Both the position numbers and the translations under genes were made by a program. A DNA stretch of 63,880 nt, the filler included, from Vannella sp. (taxonomy: Eukaryota): assembly GCA_023345925.1 (NCBI GenBank). It is 7 parts of 7 records of this genome, joined end to end, with 100 filler letters (N's around TTAATTAATTAA, not from the genome) between each part and the next. Parts side by side here need not be neighbours in the genome. Positions count along the whole stretch, not along the records: positions 58,758 to 63,880 come from JAJQQN010001448.1; 6 more parts are not named here. One strand, written 5' to 3'. Below, piece after piece: positions 60,037-63,880 of the stretch; within the stretch, counting starts at the first letter, position 1; every line of letters begins with the position of its first letter. The notes beneath the pieces were generated by a model that did not search any database, had not been told where the DNA came from, and worked only from the letters and a program-made list of their open reading frames with translations.

Positions 60037-63000
60037 TTAAAGTACAACCACAGATTGTGGTTTAATCAACTCCGAATTCTCCACAAGGAAGAAAGTAGCG
60101 TTAACCTTTCGCCTGATCCTTCGATATCTCACTTCAATTAGAAGCACACTGAAGCAAACAAACAGGACTGCGCCAGCAACAAGACCAAGAGAGATCCACG
60201 ACAGAGTGGAGTCAACGCTCTCAGAGCGGCAAGGATCGTCGCTCTTTTTGGAGTCGCTGACCAAGAGAAGGGCAAAATTGGTGAGATGGCTGGTCTGCCC
60301 ACAGATCAGTCCGTCCTTTCCCGTTTCCGTCAAGCAAAGGTCCTCGCATTTCCATTTGCCGCTCTTTTCATCAAAATAGCCCAAACAGGCGTTGCTCTGA
60401 GCTTTGGTGTCATTCAGAGGCAAGCAGATCGTTAAAGGAGAGTCCAGTTGAGTGATAGGCACTCCACTAGGATCCAGTAAAAGAATTTCAACAACGGTTC
60501 CTCCGATGACCAGATAAGAGTTACTCGAATTATTCCTGTCTCCCAGAGTTACTGTGAGAGTCAAGTTGGGCCGCAGAGACAAATCTGGTGGAATGAAAAG
60601 AATTGCCAGGGCACTGCCGTCAGTGCTCGGGATTTCAAGGATAGTAGATCTCTCATCAGTTGTTTTTTCCAAAGGGATTATAATCGCAGTCTGGCGAGGA
60701 GGACTGATTGTGGATACTAGAGAAACAGAGGGTATTTGTCCAGTTTCAGGGCCAATACTTGTCGGCGAAGGACTTTGGAAAATGGAAGAAAGCGGAGGTG
60801 ATGGTGAAGACGAAAGTGTTAAAGCGAGAGAGACTGAGACTACTCTTGGCTCGGTCGATGAAGATGGTTGCTCAGTATTTAGAGAAACTCCTGGAGAAGC
60901 CCGAGTTTCTGAATTAGTGCTGCTGAAAGAACTATTGAAAGGAGAGCTTGCTGAAAAGGAGCCGCTTTCTAATGAGGAAATACTCCGGCTTGGGGAGGCC
61001 AATGGCAAGGTACTCAATAAAATGTTCTGAGTGCTAGATTGAGATACCGTTCCACTGATGGAGGACAAGCGAGTTTCAGATGGGGAGGCAGAACCTGTTG
61101 CTGACAAGGAATATACCAAATTTGTCTGCGAGACAGAAGCAGAAAAAGAATTACTCAGCGATTCTGAGAGCTCGCTATTCGAGATAGAGAAAGAAGGAGA
61201 ATCAGAAACAGATGTTGTCCTCGAAGGACTCATTGATTTGGAAACTGAAAGACTGAGTAACATTGAGGGGGATGCAGACAAACGTCCTTCAGAGGAAGAT
61301 GACGTTAGAGACGGAGATTCAGATGAGCTTGGAGAGTCAGAATTTGTTCCTGAAGGGCTGACAGACTCTGATCCAGATGCTGAAGAGCTAACAAAAGTAC
61401 CAGTTGCTCCTGAAGATGTTCCCGATTCAGTCACTGAAAAAGAAGAACTTAATGAAACTGATGAAGACCTGAATCCAGAGACAGAGGAAGATGCTGTTGG
61501 AGATGTAGAATCAGAGACCGTGTGGGATTCTGATGTTGTCTCCGAACTACTCTTTGATTCGGAGAGAGAAGTAGAAGGGCTGAGAGTTGGCGATGCCGTT
61601 CCCGATAGACTTTCAGTTTCGGTCACAGAAATAGACAGGCTTAGGGACATTGATGTCGAATCAGATGCTGACGAAGTAGGAGAAGAGGAGCTGGAGGATG
61701 AATCGGATGGAGACTGTGTGGTAGACTCTGAAGGGCTTTGAGTTCTGGTCGCGGATGTTGAGATTGAGTCAGATGCTGATGAAGTTGGAGAAGGAGACTG
61801 TGTGGAAGACTCAGAAAGAGACTGTGTGGAAGACTCCGTAGGCGATACTGTTAATGTTGGAGACGGTGAGAAACTGGCAGATAGTGTTTCAGACTGTGAA
61901 GATGTCACAGAAGTAGAAGGACTAGCAGTTGCAGACATTGTTCTCGAAGAACTTTCGGATTCTGTAGCAGAATTTGAAAGGCTGAGTGATTTTGATGTGG
62001 AATCAGACGATGAAAGAGTGACAGAAGGAGAGATGGTTGGTGACTCAGATGCAGACTGCGTGGGAGACTCCGAAGGCGAACCTGTTAATGTTGATGACGG
62101 AGAGAAACTGGCTGATGGTGTTACAGACCGCGAGGGTGTCTTAGAAGCAGAAGAAGATGAAGAACAACCAACGAAGATGGCGTTTGAGGGAAAGCTAGAA
62201 GGATCTAGATTCGAGTCGATGAATCCTGATGTGGCCAATTTTGTCGTGGGGACAGAATAGCCGCTCAACCCTGGTAATCCAGCGCTCACACTGACAGTCG
62301 AATTTCCAACAGCGGACGAAGCGAAGTAACCACCGCCTCCTCCGCCGCCTCCTCCATGTGTTTGATCAACTGTGAGACCGTTCCCTCCATCCAACATCCA
62401 AGTGAACTGTTCAGCCTGGAAATTTGCTTTGTTGTTGCAGATTACTACTACAGTGCCTCCTGCGCCTCCTTCTCCCCAGTCAGATCAATAAGTACGAACT
62501 TTTGGGAGAATGTGAATGTACCTCCGGGTCCTCCATCGTTTGCGGCGGTAGCTGGTCTTTGTTCCCCTCTGACATCTACTACTGGATTCAGATAGAGAGG
62601 TTTGAGTGTTGTGTACGCGTGAATGTAAAGCAAGCCACCACCGGATAGACCAGCAGCCCACAGATTGTTCCCATTGTAGCCAAAGTCGTTCGGGGTGGTT
62701 CCGCCCCCTCCTCCACCTGAGCGGAAACAGATGAGAAATGATGGTTATTAACGAATGTCGTCTTACCGAGATACAATCTGGTCGTTGCATTGGTTGGAAC
62801 TGCAGCTCCTCCTAAACCTCCTTCAGAATCTGGATTTAAGACATCAATGGTACTTGGATAGTTTGCTCGCCATCCATCTCCTCCAGATCCAGCGTTCGAT
62901 CCTCCGCCGCCTCCGCTGTCAGTAAAGATGCCTCCTCCACCAGCGTTCCCAGGAGCTCCTTTCCCGCAATCGAACTGGAGCGGGTACGTCGTGTTGGTCA

Positions 63001-63682
63001 AAGTCGTGTATCCAATGAATCCTTCTCCTTTCATTCCGTTGAACGGACCACCAGTAGCTCTAGTGGCGATGGAGTTGTCTCGATAGTTGGAGGCAATCAA
63101 GTTGTTAGTTCCAACGAAATCCACAAATGGGATCGGAGGAGCTCCTCGGAACCCTTTGCCTTGGAGGGTTATGTTCCCCAGACGTATGTCTATACCTAAG
63201 ATAGCAAAGACACCGCCAGTGTTGCCATCCCATGGGGGAACGACTGGGGAGTCGACGATTACTTCCTTACAGACAGGCACTCGGATGGCTTGGAAGCGAC
63301 GATGTTCAACACTGGAATAGTTGTTGAGTAATGGTCTTACAAGGGTGATGTTGGGTCCTTGTACAAGCGAGATCAGAGCGAACTCGTACAAGCCAGACTC
63401 CCCCAAGTCGGTGTAACCGTTCCCCGTCGCGTTGTTAGAGCCGTAATTGGCGTCGTTAGAGTTGTTGATAGATCCTCCTTGCATTTGAATGATCATGAGC
63501 ACGTCTCCTGGCACAAAAGTCGTACAGTTGGCCACCTCTAATCGCTTCTCAGAAGCTGTCACTCCTCGACAATAAACGTCAACCGATCCTCCATTAGGAG
63601 GACAAGATGAGGGACATGGTGTTGCAGAGAGCATCCAAGGTATCAGTAACAACAAAGAGAGTCGACAGATGATCCCAATCAT
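60037..63682 (-). CDS. Single-pass surface protein: signal peptide, Gly-rich head domain, Ser/Thr stalk, GAIN/GPS motif, TM; introns 62717-62766 and 62469-62521
   Basis: CLGYFDEKSGKWKC...ICGQTSHLTNFALLL (GPS with H-L-T cleavage motif), one TM followed by a basic stop-transfer segment. Confidence 0.85.
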
Positions 63683-63880
63683 CACGAGGCAACAAAATGG
63701 TCCAAAACGGACCGTAAGAAGACTTCCTTGAATTTCGTTTTTTTTCTGATTTATCCTGTTTTATTCATGCCACATGCGATGTGGCTCAGGGATGGTTATG
63801 GCTAAGTTTTTAAAAGCCGTAAGGATTCCGGGGTGGCTGTATCTTCGTGTGGCTAAGCAATAACCATCCCTAAAATCCTT

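Noticed and set aside
60554..62260. Acidic plus-strand ORFs
   Set aside because: Antisense shadows of the Ser/Thr-rich stalk.
393..63685. Alternative genetic code or stop-codon readthrough to explain fragmented ORFs
   Set aside because: Nearly all breaks are explained by canonical GT-AG introns; long ORFs such as SMG1 are open in the standard code, and TAA, TAG and TGA all act as stops.

Overview
This is eukaryotic nuclear DNA, not prokaryotic. It consists of seven unrelated contigs joined by artificial 100-nt linkers (44 N + TTAATTAATTAA + 44 N), so adjacency across a linker has no biological meaning. The genome is very compact, uses the standard genetic code and has short GT-AG introns (mostly 43-55 nt). 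Many ORF-track fragments join into multi-exon genes. The source is probably a free-living protist; an amoebozoan is a guess from gene content and is not established. Recognisable genes: MAD2, NBR1-like, GOS1-like SNARE, Cid1/URT1-type TUTase, RBM22, METTL21-like, SNF7, flotillin, TruA-type pseudouridine synthase, TspO, RCC1-repeat, NTAQ1, SMG1, prolyl 4-hydroxylase, SMYD-like, AP-1 sigma and MCCC2. The top candidate for an undescribed system is a pair of paralogous genes on separate contigs (12859-14318 and 51507-54496). Each encodes a presequence-like N-terminus, a tandem array of ~74-aa Trp/Gly/Pro-anchored repeats (about 3.5 and 10 units) and a C-terminal Vsr/DUF559/RAP-like PD-(D/E)xK nuclease fold. 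In the longer gene all five introns lie at the same repeat position, giving one-repeat cassette exons. Other notable items: a vWA protein with 12 RNA-polymerase-II-CTD-like YSPSSPS heptads, a B-box/GTPase/RING/patatin fusion, an LRR gene with one repeat per 69-nt exon, and a GPS-cleavage single-pass surface protein with a bacterial-looking head. All calls come from manual motif reading; no database searches were run.
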